From: a bacterium
Lineage (GTDB): Bacteria > Elusimicrobiota > Elusimicrobia > Elusimicrobiales > UBA9959
NCBI GenBank assembly: GCA_021811405.1
Contig: JAJZOZ010000002.1
Location: 1 to 59,978 of the forward strand
DNA length: 59,978 nucleotides
Direction of reading: 5' to 3'
Below the pieces are notes generated by a model. It did no database searches. It had not been told where the DNA came from and saw only the letters and a list, made by a program, of their open reading frames with translations. Within the stretch, counting starts at the first letter, position 1. Each line of letters begins with the position of its first letter. Positions 46,801 to 48,666 of the stretch are shown here, piece after piece. Made by a program: the position numbers and the translations under genes.

Positions 46801-48052
46801 GGAGGCCGTTGGTCCAGCCCGCCGAAATGGCCGCCGAGGTCATGTCGTGGAAGAACTGATAGCCGGAGATCTGCGCGAACTGCGACTGTACCGCGTAGGA
46901 GCGCTGCGGCACTGCTACTCCGCCGATGGAGGAATCCACCGGCATGGCGGAATTGGTGGAGGAATCGTAGGAACCCACTATGCGCGCGTATGCGCGCCTG
47001 ATCGTTATCCCCTCCTCGCGCAGGAACACCTGCGCGCCCAGTACGGCGTCCGTGACCGCGGCCAGACCCTGGCCTATGAAGGTCTTGGCCGTCTTGGTCT
47101 TGACCGCCGAGTTGCTGTCAGCGATATAGGTAAGCACCACCTCGCCGCCCAGCGTATTGACGGGGCTCTGGACCGTCACCACGTTCAACGTCTGCACGGT
47201 GCCGGTGGAGAAGCCGGGCATGATGTCGGAATTGGACAGGTATCTGAACTCGTAGGAATCGCGCCGGGAACCGTCCATGTTCATGGTGGGCTCGGCTGCA
47301 TAGCCGCTGATCCCCGCGTAAACAGTGCCGTCGGCGGTGGAGCCGCCGCTCTGCCTGAAGCCGCGCAGCTCCACCCACTGCTGCTGCAGGCTGTAGCCGG
47401 AATCCGCTATCCCGGCCAGGTACTGCAGGGTCCTGGCGCCGGCCGGCTGCTGGGCGGTATAGGCCGCTATGCCGTTGACATAGTCCGAATAGACCGGGAA
47501 ACGCACCGTCTTGGCCACCTGCGGGGACTGGTCGTCGTACTCGTAGGTGACGTACAGCGTCATGCTGTGCATGTTGCTGGCCGGCCCGGTGATGGCGACC
47601 CCGGCGGTGAACTGCGCGCCGGCGGCCAGGTTGGCCAGTTGCGCGCTGATGACGGAGGTCACGTCCGCCCTGGCGAAAAGGCGTATGGACTCGCCTGACT
47701 GGGCCGTATACTGGACCGAGGTGAAGCGCGCGGTATTAGCGGCCGCTCCGGCGTCGAAGTAAATGACCAGCGGGTTGATATTGGTGGCGCTGACCGCTAT
47801 GCCCTCGTAATGCAGCCAGGCGCTGCGTATGACCTTGCCGTTCTCCGGCAGCTTTATGGTCCTGGAAGTGAAGGTCGTCTTGGAGCCGGAAGTCTTGTCG
47901 GTATTCGAGTAATAGCCGCCGAAATTGTACTCGACGGTCTTTATCTGCGTATCGGCCGCGGCCGGGGACGCGCAGAGCGCGGCGCAGAGCAGCAGCAGCG
48001 GCCGCAAAGCGGCCCGCCACGCTCTTCCGTTATATCCAGCGGCCTTCGGCAT
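19844..48052 (-). CDS. Giant secreted multi-repeat surface protein (~9,402 aa)
   Basis: A single uninterrupted frame (track 19844..48538). It is trimmed to ATG 48052 because the upstream 486 nt overlap the well-supported Rrf2 gene in another frame. MPKAAGYNGRAWRAALRPLLLLCAALCASPAAADTQ is a good Sec signal peptide. Domain content is listed in the sub-features. Confidence 0.9.
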   Translation of the reverse strand: MPKAAGYNGRAWRAALRPLLLLCAALCASPAAADTQIKTVEYNFGGYYSNTDKTSGSKTTFTSRTIKLPENGKVIRSAWLHYEGIAVSATNINPLVIYFDAGAAANTARFTSVQYTAQSGESIRLFARADVTSVISAQLANLAAGAQFTAGVAITGPASNMHSMTLYVTYEYDDQSPQVAKTVRFPVYSDYVNGIAAYTAQQPAGARTLQYLAGIADSGYSLQQQWVELRGFRQSGGSTADGTVYAGISGYAAEPTMNMDGSRRDSYEFRYLSNSDIMPGFSTGTVQTLNVVTVQSPVNTLGGEVVLTYIADSNSAVKTKTAKTFIGQGLAAVTDAVLGAQVFLREEGITIRRAYARIVGSYDSSTNSAMPVDSSIGGVAVPQRSYAVQSQFAQISGYQFFHDMTSAAISAGWTNGLQVGTTIYAANSATGAHGMELIITYDYTNGAAHTDDYEVLAGNDTNGTVPSDTFPFGAWYPETEGTKTLREAYTYTDFLNNSGTTQDFNTTVDFNGNAPETAFHRTTTEDCTVNQFYQNLVQFSTFPAVVTANYALSTSRGLMGGRAAINYSFVPFPKLPESLVQKANGAALAQGAWTNARELRFEGVLASSMNVDNIALVAEVKPNAAAFDESALSTGPVFNYNTVAASSYAVVSGLVSGTVYHWRAAGFGDGGRGRWVNKGGNPDFGVDYSSPPAPALAAIVPVDRVNLNASPPLLDWEDVTDIDGSGLKNYELQVATSADFATVTYSSSPLASMAQPAALAQNYYYWRVRSLDNAGNTGVYSSTRAFRVDLSTPVITSNMGTGDQVWRNTNSGLYDVDFNDDGGSLISKLQVRATSGPAQTGTDFGGGWVDLPLTINATYYTTDWALPAAFWTSLQSWTTNYISVRAIDYSTNTATLSDAFKVFKDTVPPVVTNGEAGGDLTWRKAGRNYNVDFADPYSKLAGAVYAARAAAGGAGAVLFSTTALAGVGGASYTADWALNFAGLGGDATNYITVEVYDIAGNTTTVTDAFRVLKDTTPPAYTNNVAGGDLTWRKAAGTAYDFRFADSAGSWLNGAIYSAWTGPGQNGALKVSSVAITGVSGPSYTTPWQVAFASLGGDSTNYITVEFYDVAGNTATVTDAFKVLKDTTAPSVPSLLTPADGYKTNGAALSFDWGDSSDGSGSGVTNYLLQLATSTDFTTISYSSQPAVSAASLPLVAGSTYYWRAASSDTAGNYSAFSAYRSLLVDLSTPTINDSQAGDTKWRNANGGLYSVFFNDAGGSLLSYFQVKLTTGPSQTGTTLYDWTTIASGINSSSYSSPWALPAAAWNAIPSGTTAYVSVRAYDNVGNSTASADSLFYVLKDTVPLAITNSQSGDAAWRNANPGSVYNVSFADTGGSGIDSIQYTAWTGPGQTGTRRLDWTFISSGTPYDNSYAAPWGVSASSWPALAEGYNYISVRVWDVAGTTTSLDDVFYVLKDTTAPSAQDGMAGGDAQWQKDPGKLYNVDFYDTGGSLLNAIEYSVWSEPGQKGTQRKTWSPIVTAPLGAASYIADWPVDFTSLAEGAATNYVSLRFTDLAGNSSTYADAFYISKDKTLPTIADNQFGDDSWRSSSGTAYDVGFADAGGSLLSSFELRITTGPALTGTLVQDWAAQQSAINSASYPAGWKLAQAQWDALPAGISYVSARVTDNAGNQQANNDVFYVLKDTSPPSIADNQPGDSSWRAVSGLYNVDFADEGGSLLSGFQVKATTGPGQTGTLAADWTDAATGINAASYAADWQLPSAFWNLLPSGTSYISVRVFDHAGSTVSLTDAFYVLKDTSAPVIANGQAGDDAWRRFGGTAYTVGFGDAGAGLASAAYEAWTGPGLTGVNAVPLTAIPGVSGAAYSVPWSVDFSLLAQGTNYISVTVTDQLGHSAALQDAFRVLKDNGSPVITDNQAGDDVWRGTGGTLYNVDFGDLTSGLTTAQYRVTSLPAQGGTVLKDWTGIVYSPGGLSSYTTDWPVDFAAIPSGTTGYVSVRVYDNAGNPAQVNDAFHVLKDTVPPYMVIVSTPADGYGPYLANPGAVFDVDFFDAGGSGIAAPQYRVTEGPGGTGALVKDWTNIATLSGATYYTQNWGADFYSLAQLPATNYFSLRVTDLAGGTSDYADAFKLFRSSFPMGLAINQAGDAVWRTANNGTYNVDFFSNNAALNLSSFSVQAWTQPGRTGELSADWAKVLDINATYYYTDWSLPQPFFDSLKETTNYISVRLWNVNSTSMTVEDVFYVRKDTSPPVITDLQGGDNIWRASAGTVYNIDFADPGSLLTTAQYRISGLPAQAGLLLKDWTDIVSSPAGQPSYTANWPVDFAALQSWTTGYVSVRAYNQAGLSASANDVFYVRKDTTPPYAVSLEAGATYYQSSNGRLYNVDFHDPGQESGLLRYQLRASTHTGNYAPYLLDWTDAANISGGNYASDWPLPAAIWDSLDSGVTAYISVRVFDAALQSSDTYNAFSVWKDTAPPYVTVNQPGDDTWRLTDPGAVYDVDFGDLGSGATTAQYRLYSGPGGTGTLLKDWTDIFGAPAGTPLYSANWAVDFAAAREGANYVGVRVFDRGGLATAAQDAFYVLKDTTPPVIADNQAGDYAWRGSPGTLYDVDFFDRASGLSAIEYRVSTAPALGYPVSDWLPANILTGYPTYYTDNWSVSFSTLAENTTNYISVRAYDRLGLASVSSDVFKVFKDVTLPAIADNQPGDDLWRNSSGTLYGVSFADAGGSLLSRFQTLLMSGPAQTGAQIAGWTDILSGIGSASHSAPWALPESLWQPLPEGQSYVSVRVYDNAGNAREISDVFYVKKDTTPPSIADYQGGDGVWRAANTAVYDVRFADTGGSLLEGARVKLTEGPAQTGAVIADWTPVLSNINAASYSTPWPLTAALWNAIQSGVTAYVSVDVADGAASTTTLSDAFYVLKDTVPPTAADLQSGDAAWRNSNAGAYAVHFADEGGSLLSKVQVKASSAPAGAGAHAFGYTDLLTGIGSASYPSDWQLTPALWSLLLPGTNYISARVYDNAGAFSDYADVFYILKDTQPPSGTVTPPAFSGALGFNVPYSASDAGPSDVQYVKLYYTMATGVPYSWTQFGTTFSASPIAFTAPAGGTAGFRLVVYDKAGNRDETDPPTSDTPPEAATVVDLTPPSVVNNQTGDAVWRNAGGTLYNVDFSGGGGSLLSAAQYKATSSPAQGGTVLKDWTYIAQNINAANYSADWAVDFAALKSSFNYVSVRVWNQAGTTTTANDVFYVKKDTEAPAFADNQAGDDVWRQADPGAVYNVGFNDPYSLLSRVQYSASSVPGGASGNIKGWTDIASGISAASYSQSWGVDFLSLTSGVTAYISARAYDLAGNVAVSTDAFYVLKDTVPPASADNQAGDDVWRASNSGLYNVDFADAGGSRLLKAQYGAWTSTGMAGAGLVPWTDISPSPAWLTSYTADWQLSAGAFTLLQSGTSYVSVRVMDNAGSTTTLADVFYVRKDVAGPAISGNQAGDDAWRSANTGVYDVDFADQLSGLASFEVKVTTGLNQSGTVLADWTPVSALSGASYTANWALPPAVFAAMREGANQVSVRALDSAGNGSALSDAFYVRKDTSGPVITDNQAGDDVWRASNSGLYNVDFADDKSLAAKFQLKAMTGAGQTGTLLFDWTDAVAGINAASYTADWSIPQAQWDLLAPGTSYISVRAFDMAGSTSSLADVFYVRKDTAPAPAIGALAGVTGAEGVIALSWTAPDDGGAAVSSYLVKFSSYIVIAAGNFDTADTYTQSWTPVGPGSPESYNLTGLAPNTAYHIAVKSVDRAGNISAVSNTATASAGPDTTPPGAITDLAAQQGGFDGQIALSWTAVGDNGVSLGTATAYQVRYRTDQAVTSALLWDGANIYAQAWVPQYPGVPEAQGIDNLTPGVTYYWAVKAVDEVANTSPLSNSPSAPAKVGEGTPGMFMFGNGTGNTPYVRKWTPPSFAGVQTSLAANAAAGAVARHVIVRASPLRNEKLAGILFSDGTLQIQRYNGLNGQWTNEWSTTTIGATDSAYRGFDIAYEQNTGRAVVLYQGAAVGTLYYNIYDGSSWTGAQTLAAGDPAAAAVWVRLEARPGSSELMAAFSNLSSNQLTAARWTGSLWSDVTTIVNNLGLTTYQNFDVAWESLSGHCLVSYGGTAVTGKAITWLWNGVSWAQFTTTEFTFIGADGNSNWLRLASDPNSNYIGAASIDSVRDWNAAIWDGTGWFPSATENASVARNGNQSRTIDAAWTRDGKFVVASAHRSLPTVLYSYWSQAGGWATTLAAAYSVGNWSNVVYGVELEPDTKSNNLMLTGWSSSRDLRGAAWSGSVFTLDPTPHTTTISDRNYMPAMLAIDRHDIVPPTVTDNQPGDDAWRGTNTGVYNIDAADTGGSHLRGIQTRVYSGPNQTGALLEGWTTQVSTSGVDVYTADWPLSAGTWAAMKEGYNYVTVRSTDGSDNTSLAPITDAFYVKKDTTPPTLPALSLPADGAFLKDPAVFFDWTDSSDLASGVAAYELQVATSADFAAPAYSAAPSVSGSTSAALASGMYYWRVRAVDLVSNYSAYTSTRAVYVDTAPPVAVDAQAGDDVWRNASGTLYAVHFNDAGGSLLDTVSYAVYSGPGRTGAQLVPFSGGVIASGIAAPAYNSDWALSPTNWALLPNGTSYVSVQSSDRAGNSASSDDVFYIRKDVSAPVITDNQPGDDVWRAVPGALFNVDFADAGGSQLAGFQLKITSGPNQTGTVLSDWFYRATAVNAASYAQDFDLGISTWLLLPEGTSYISARAWDNAGNSSTLTDAFYVRKDTSPPSAVAGVSPADGKVTNSASPLLDWTDAADAGSGISGYEVYVATSQDFAVNYASAATAGSQYPASLPSGLFYWRARARDNAGNYGAYGSTFSVRVDTAPPAVADAQAGDDAWRSAGGTLYNVSFADAGGSHIDSLEYSAWSGPGRTGVNHIPWTVITSTPLGSDSYSSTWGVDFSLLGDGTNYVSVRVWDAAGSTVTAQDVFYVKKDAYSPAIVDNQPGDDVWRAAPGALFNVDFQDTGASLLSKFQLKITSGPNQTGTVLSDWFDRSAAINSASYTQDFDLGISTWLLLPEGTSYISARVWDNAGNSASLSDVFYVRKDTTPPSITDSQAGDDVWRPVNSGSYAVSFADTGGSRLSYFQVKATTGPAQTGTITADWTTVASGLAAGSYPGGWTLPQAVFDSLASGLNYLSVRVYDGAGLSAALSDAFYVRKSTAAPRILDNQAGDDVWRNAPGTLYDVDFEDSGASGLSAAQYKVTSAPGQGGTLVKDWTYIASGINAPSYTADWAVDFAALAEGVTNYVSVRVWDVAGATTAVSDVFYVRKDVTAPSVANNQLGDAAWRSSSGTVYNVDFADAGGSGLSRFEVKVTTGPGLTGTLVADWYPQAASINSNSYTADWALPASTFTALPEGPGMVSVRVYDNAGNSAELDDAFYVMKDTTPPSAPAAVSPADLAPRATLSPLLDWTDSSDGSSGIAGYELRAATSASFSPVAYSAAPAASQQAAALPSGATWYWQARARDNAGNYSGYSAYYRVLADTVAPVVTDSQPGETNWRNSDPGAVYNVPFSDDMTGLDTMQYSAWTGPGQTGSNSVPWTVISSGTPRLAYPGPWSVNFSLLAAGTNYISARAWDAAGSTATRSDVFNVLKDTSAPAMLDNQAGDDVWRAANPGAVYDVDFLDLYSGVATIQYRITSQPAQGGTLLADWTDVASGLAVSTYSANWGLSAASWSLLPEGASYVTVRAYDRLAQSSLLADVFYVRKDTTPPTASDNQADIALARSQADVNAMNVDFHDTGGSLLSKAQYAVWTQPGRTGGEVVTWTDIAAGINAADYLADWPVNYMALPNLAVSYVSARVYDNAGGVSYYNDVFSVYKEGSGPLIINGQAGDNAWRAANTGLYNVDFQAESGFNLDYFQVTAATSAAAPSYLVAWTSAAYNIGSTVYTADWSLPQAVFDALAPGRNYVSLAVFDLLPSSSTLGNAFYVLKDTVPPSLGLNQAGDAAWQNAAGKTYNVDFFDPLSGLSTAQYRITTLPAGAGAVLKDWTDIAYPTGAASYTADWPVDFSALQEWTTGFVSVRAFDELAQSSASADAFYVLKDTTPPAAVSQSSPADGALFSTGAVSFAWTASSDLRSGVSAYELQLSTSQEFAQVSASSVTAAASASVSGLAGGAYFWRVRAGDAAGNYAAWSSTRSFTAATSSPTITNGQASPTPWYLSDPGAVFNVSFQDLVSGLTTGQYRITAAPAEGGTLVKDWTDIFSTPSGSAGYSAAWPVDFAALREGQNYVSVRAFNRVDFSSKAVDAFVIRKDTSAPAIADNQAGDTTWRRASGAVYDVDFSDLGSGLATAQYRITSAPAGGGTLLKNWTGIFSSTGIASYTANWGVDFFALAEGATNYVSVRAFDVLGSSRELADVFYVLKDVTNPAILNNQPADNLWHASDPGAVYNVGFSDLGGSRLDRFQTRITSGPAGTGTLAQDWTDRVLAINATYYNQLWGPDFAVLGEGQNYVSVRVYDGAGNSAQQADVFVVRKDTTPPSVQNNQAGDYVWRGANTGVYNVDFADAGGSGVDHFQVKATTDAAGAGTPLFDWTTLVSAINAQSYTADWQLTSQLWDLLGPGTSYISVRVFDTAGSSAALAGAFHIRKDTRTVTLTDNQLGDDVWRSSGNALYDVDAQALGGSPLDRFEVRSSTLPGNLGPFTSGWTAAVSGLNAYTYTADWGLPAPVFDAMLSGQSNYVSVRAYNQAGLFAELADVFYVKKDTVAPQVTNNIAGGDLSWRNGPGALYNVDFADAGGSLLSGFELRVSTVPGAGPYLFDWTPIQTGIGAASYTTDFAIPPSSFSLLAEGATNYVSLSAYDVAGNTSTVADAFRVFKDTTPPSLADNQAGDSYWRNSSGTVYNIDLADTGGSNLSKVQARASYNAGTLGPWYFDWSDAVTGINAASYTADWPLPQTLWDLLGEGTSYISVRVWDNAQSSATFGFQPFFILKDTTPPAFVNGEAGGDAAWRSAGRAYNLDFADPMSGLAALEYSASTAPASADGGVKGWTAIAGPSGALYSADWPLDFAALREGVTNYVSVRAWDVAGSTAVLKDAFYVKKDTTPPTAQNLQSGEFSWRNSNGGVYSVHFADTGGSLVSKFQLKASTGPGGTGIQAFDWTDNITGIGLASYPVDWPLSLGVWNSLYDSATNYVSVMVFDGAGSTYTITDAFRVLKDTTPPAVTGNQAGDGVWRTAAGTLYDVDFADYGSLLSSAAYSAWTGPGLTGAQVKGWTQLFSSRTVLSTSDWAVDFAALAEGYNYVSVRAWDVAGNMGAASDVFYVRKDTSPPSVADLQDGDTTWYKANPGPVFDVDFSDSGIGVSTAAYEAWTGPGRTGAQVAPSTPIFSGAPLPAYTQNWGVYGADWALLAPGTNYITVTAWDALGHSSTSVDVFYILKDTVPPSAITTLTAVPSAGQAGEGGIDASWTAPGDSDLTGSASYYMIRYKTGSAFTGQADFDAAAVYVSTLVPKAAGSPEGLVLSGFTAGATYYLAVEAVDKAGNSGPLSNPTSSYAGTDTTPPGAIADLAAVMADFQGQISLTWTAPGEGVKGVANAGTATSYIVRYAPFLITGANFASPAVSTYTQTWSPAAYGLPEIRVLDGLTPGATYSIAVKAVDEAGNVGPISNVPVSSATPAGAAAGMIVYGSGASNIPVYRNWTPDIWGAQGGSLVTGATVRWAVLKSVPVVANAKIGGFLASDNSLKLLKWDGLASAWSDITPSPAPAPGGSATRKFDLAPESLTGRMLAVYNNGTLGTVSYAVWSATASVWAGAPAPLVLTGLTGDVNWVRLKAMPGTDRVLLMALDANGRLTAAVWTGSAWTSVQNLTTAASMATTECFDGGWESQSGNAVALWGAGTATAYKIWRSASSTWDAATPAGPAVGSTSVYWLRVAADPTTNRLGASIMTVSPGWYVSIWQSTLGTEAWSASPAADTSMSSNLGRITDAAWESQSGRFLAAAVDNIGNFDTQFDYITWSGGTWTPASPSVTTANTNTTFANDIRLLALYPDPNTNKITALGMDISGNLKTTLWGGTSWAGTAASSNFQHTNTVSDFSYEPAGIAFDRQDPVPPTVIDNQAGDDSWRNSRVFYNIDATDSGGSHLASVQTRVLSQPAGGGALVQDWTDQVSGINADSYTADWQFAQGTWDLLPQGISYVTVRARDSAGNSSPVITDAFYVKKDTAPPTVTNNLAAGYDGAWRNAAQGAVYDVDFADTGGSGLSSLEYSASSGPNRTGIQTLGWTVISSGTLGSIYTSNWALNFSLLGHGTNYISVRAMDNASSTTTLVDAFRILKDTQPPAAITGLAAAPGPVRGSVSLSWTAPGDDGAVTDNTGGYYTVKLATFQIITDALFSAASTYAQAWAPAAAGQPEQRVLYGLDVGKTYYFAVKTTDKANNVSPLSNQASSPPQTANLYINEVYAAGATAAEDWVELFNNTASTITLTGWKLVYDQGSIDLPGLETTVWTGTSVDTVNVNGFFAAAPSLDLNGAQSYHLILKDSGGNVVDRVQWPALQSGRSFARVTDGNADYFDADPTPTKGYANAITTDPVKINEVAYGALADQFIELYNTGASTPALAGYYLRGSYNGRFRFTRKIYARSYALIDASSLSDEALPYASVFGASGLNAAGDFAALENAAGQTVDRVTWQSGANYSLRNYKSALVSAAAWAPANASGSIGRSPSEGSDTGSNAADFAASASATPASRNNGAGQGAANTLAYPAASQILPRRFPLRLTLGADSSAGTGNYLVLTRTGGAADNYSPHLYRLADIGFAPASLAAQSTSQLGISFYDQDGRGLSDGAAYKLVLNTDNGAVSAPPVVRAGVTYDAAVHSVSAAPTAPLRLGEGYSGSMVAIRVDDTSLSGRNSVALASVTVRLLDPGLVPLNTAQARSLFSGVSLVKDSAGGTSGLYESGLDTQVTASLPNSGITLDASGTLLLPVPPAAAAWTPAASTAAYFVVFTAAQYASTQTPNAFRVSFDPSTDLVLTDVPSAEPQAPAAGAAVQTSSTVIIVSAKPPAGTFWPFDAGTQAGVTAPVDYYTGGLVQSAVYVPGLDGTLRGLRLDGTSKWDFLTFPLSSVKTSPMAREESGGVYLYFADVAGDIYKIRDNDASSQQIWKRPLGVSVVSNPIDSSAKLYFGAADNRVYCLNKADGSDCLGWTYDAGFTAAISGTLALDDRTPGVNASWIGLEDGKVVRFLTASGAISSWFQTGAAIKSSPFADAAYLGGNNLYITSTDGKLYARTSANLTTQPSGWADFPSGSPIYTSPFKDLDTGKYVYFGNDAGRFYKVDAASGTEIMSFQAGGPIRSSPVVIPGTWLGLPAGEDYAYFGCDDGYIYAVNVNTGQLRTGWPVPTGGPVRADPVIDTGSLTLIVGSSDGKTYVLSIGP
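19847..20900 (-). other. C-terminal PQQ/BamB-like beta-propeller domain of the giant protein (approximate bounds)
   Basis: Repeated blade motifs: GDIYKIRD, NRVYCLNKADGS, GKVVRFLTASG, GKLYARTS, GRFYKVDAASGTEI, GYIYAVNVNTGQLRTGW, GKTYVLS. Confidence 0.7.
21900..22760 (-). other. Two tandem lamin-tail domains (LTD) in the giant protein (approximate bounds)
   Basis: LYINEVYAAGATAAEDWVELFNNTASTITLTGWKL...GNVVDRVQW and VKINEVAYGALADQFIELYNTGASTPALAGYYL...GQTVDRVTW match the LTD pattern (INE..EWIELYN...L.GW.L....D.V.). Confidence 0.7.
23790..25060 (-). other. W-rich propeller-like insert 2 (~420 aa) of the giant protein (approximate bounds)
   Basis: GMIVYGSGASNIPVYRNW...FDRQDPVPPTV. It is paralogous to insert 1 and is preceded by two FN3-like domains (25090..25780). 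Confidence 0.55.
32750..33075 (-). repeat. Recent intragenic duplicate, copy 1 (offset 966 bp from copy 2)
   Basis: Shares exact runs with 33716..34041. One example is GGAGGTGCCCTCCGGCAGCAGCAGCCAGGTGGAGATGCCGAGGTCGAAATCCTGCG at 32828..32883, matching 33794..33849. Another is a ~42-nt run, GAACCAGTCCGAGAGCACCGTGCCGGTCTGGTTGGGGCCGGA. Confidence 0.8.
33716..34041 (-). repeat. Recent intragenic duplicate, copy 2
   Basis: See copy 1. The encoded modules (..FQLKITSGPNQTGTVLSDWF.R..A.N.ASY.QDFDLGISTWLLLPEGTSYISAR.WDNAGNS..) are about 85% identical. Other module pairs are clearly more diverged by eye (not quantified). Confidence 0.8.
35050..36295 (-). other. W-rich propeller-like insert 1 (~415 aa) of the giant protein (approximate bounds)
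   Basis: GMFMFGNGTGNTPYVRKW...IDRHDIVPPTV. It has recurring ..A(A/V)W.G..W.. strands roughly every 55-60 aa. It is preceded by two FN3-like domains (36330..36980). Confidence 0.55.
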
Positions 48053-48063
48053 ACCCGTTAAAT

Positions 48064-48474
48064 TCAGTCCTCCGACGTTCCCTCGCGCGCGCGCCTTTCC
48101 TCTTCCCGCATCATCTCCACTATGTCCTGCACCGTAAGCCCCACCAGCCAGTGGTTGACCTCGGCGCGCAGGGTCTCGTACAGCTTGTTGGAAACCTGCT
48201 CCCGCTCCGCTTTCGGCGCCCCGTTGAAAGTGAAGGCCTCCATCAGCTGCCAGACGCTGATGCCGTCGAGGTCCTTGCGCAGGCGGTAACCTTTGCCCTT
48301 CTGGGACTCGACCATGCCGGCGTGCACCAGCGCCTGCAGCACCTTGTTGCAGTACGGCGCGGGCAGGCCCTGGAAGCGGGCAATATCGGCCACCTGGTTC
48401 CACTGCCCGCCGTTGTTCTGCCCCAGGTAATGCAGGCAGGACAGTCCGTAGGCTAAAGTGCGGTTCATCCTCAT
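48064..48474 (-). CDS. Rrf2-family transcriptional regulator (no Fe-S Cys triad)
   Basis: 136 aa. MRMNRTLAYGLSCLHYLGQ...IARFQGLPAPYCNKVLQALVHAGMVESQKGKGYRL is a typical Rrf2 winged helix. No three-Cys cluster-ligand motif is seen around residues 90-105. GGAG lies 7 nt upstream of ATG 48474. The stop is 11 nt upstream of the giant gene start. Confidence 0.9.
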   Translation of the reverse strand: MRMNRTLAYGLSCLHYLGQNNGGQWNQVADIARFQGLPAPYCNKVLQALVHAGMVESQKGKGYRLRKDLDGISVWQLMEAFTFNGAPKAEREQVSNKLYETLRAEVNHWLVGLTVQDIVEMMREEERRAREGTSED

Positions 48475-48540
48475 AAGAAAGCTCCGGCGCCTTACAAGCT
48501 GTATCGCCGCTACGCGGCTGTTTTATTCCAGCGACCAACA

Positions 48541-48567
48541 GTCATCGGATATTTTCTATCCGATGAC
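48541..48567. promoter_or_regulatory. Perfect 11-5-11 palindrome, candidate Rrf2 operator
   Basis: GTCATCGGATA-TTTTC-TATCCGATGAC, with the two arms exactly reverse-complementary. It lies in the leader between the promoter-like element and the Rrf2 start. Confidence 0.4.
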
Positions 48568-48571
48568 GACC

Positions 48572-48606
48572 AAAAAAAAAGGACAGCCGCGACCGACACT
48601 CTGTCC
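48572..48606 (-). terminator. Intrinsic-terminator-like hairpin plus U9
   Basis: The minus strand reads GGACAG-AGUGUCGGUCGCGG-CUGUCC followed by nine U (A9 on the plus strand, 48572..48580). It lies 61 nt downstream of the radical SAM stop (48667). Confidence 0.45.
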
Positions 48607-48646
48607 ATTGATATCAATAGTATAGCAGAGGCCGGTCTTGTGTCAA
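48607..48646 (-). promoter_or_regulatory. Near-consensus sigma70 promoter plus a 12-bp palindrome at the predicted start site
   Basis: The minus strand reads TTGACA (48646..48641), a 16-nt spacer, then TATACT (48624..48619). ATTGATATCAAT (48618..48607, a perfect palindrome) follows immediately. Confidence 0.45.
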
Positions 48647-48666
48647 GGCCCAGAACAGGTTACACA

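Noticed and set aside
19844-48052. A diversity-generating retroelement or other hypervariation mechanism targeting the giant gene.
   Set aside because: No reverse transcriptase gene and no adenine-biased template/variable repeat pair was seen in the window. The one near-identical pair (32.7-34.0 kb) differs at all base types.
48053-48538. The N-terminal 162 codons of the track's 9,564-aa ORF.
   Set aside because: They overlap the well-supported Rrf2 gene (48064..48474) in another frame, are Arg/Gly-rich, and precede a good Met plus signal peptide at 48052.
48572-48580. The A9/T9 homopolymer was considered as a slipped-strand phase-variation switch.
   Set aside because: It lies outside any coding frame and outside the -35/-10 spacer. 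It is better explained as the U-tract of the adjacent hairpin.
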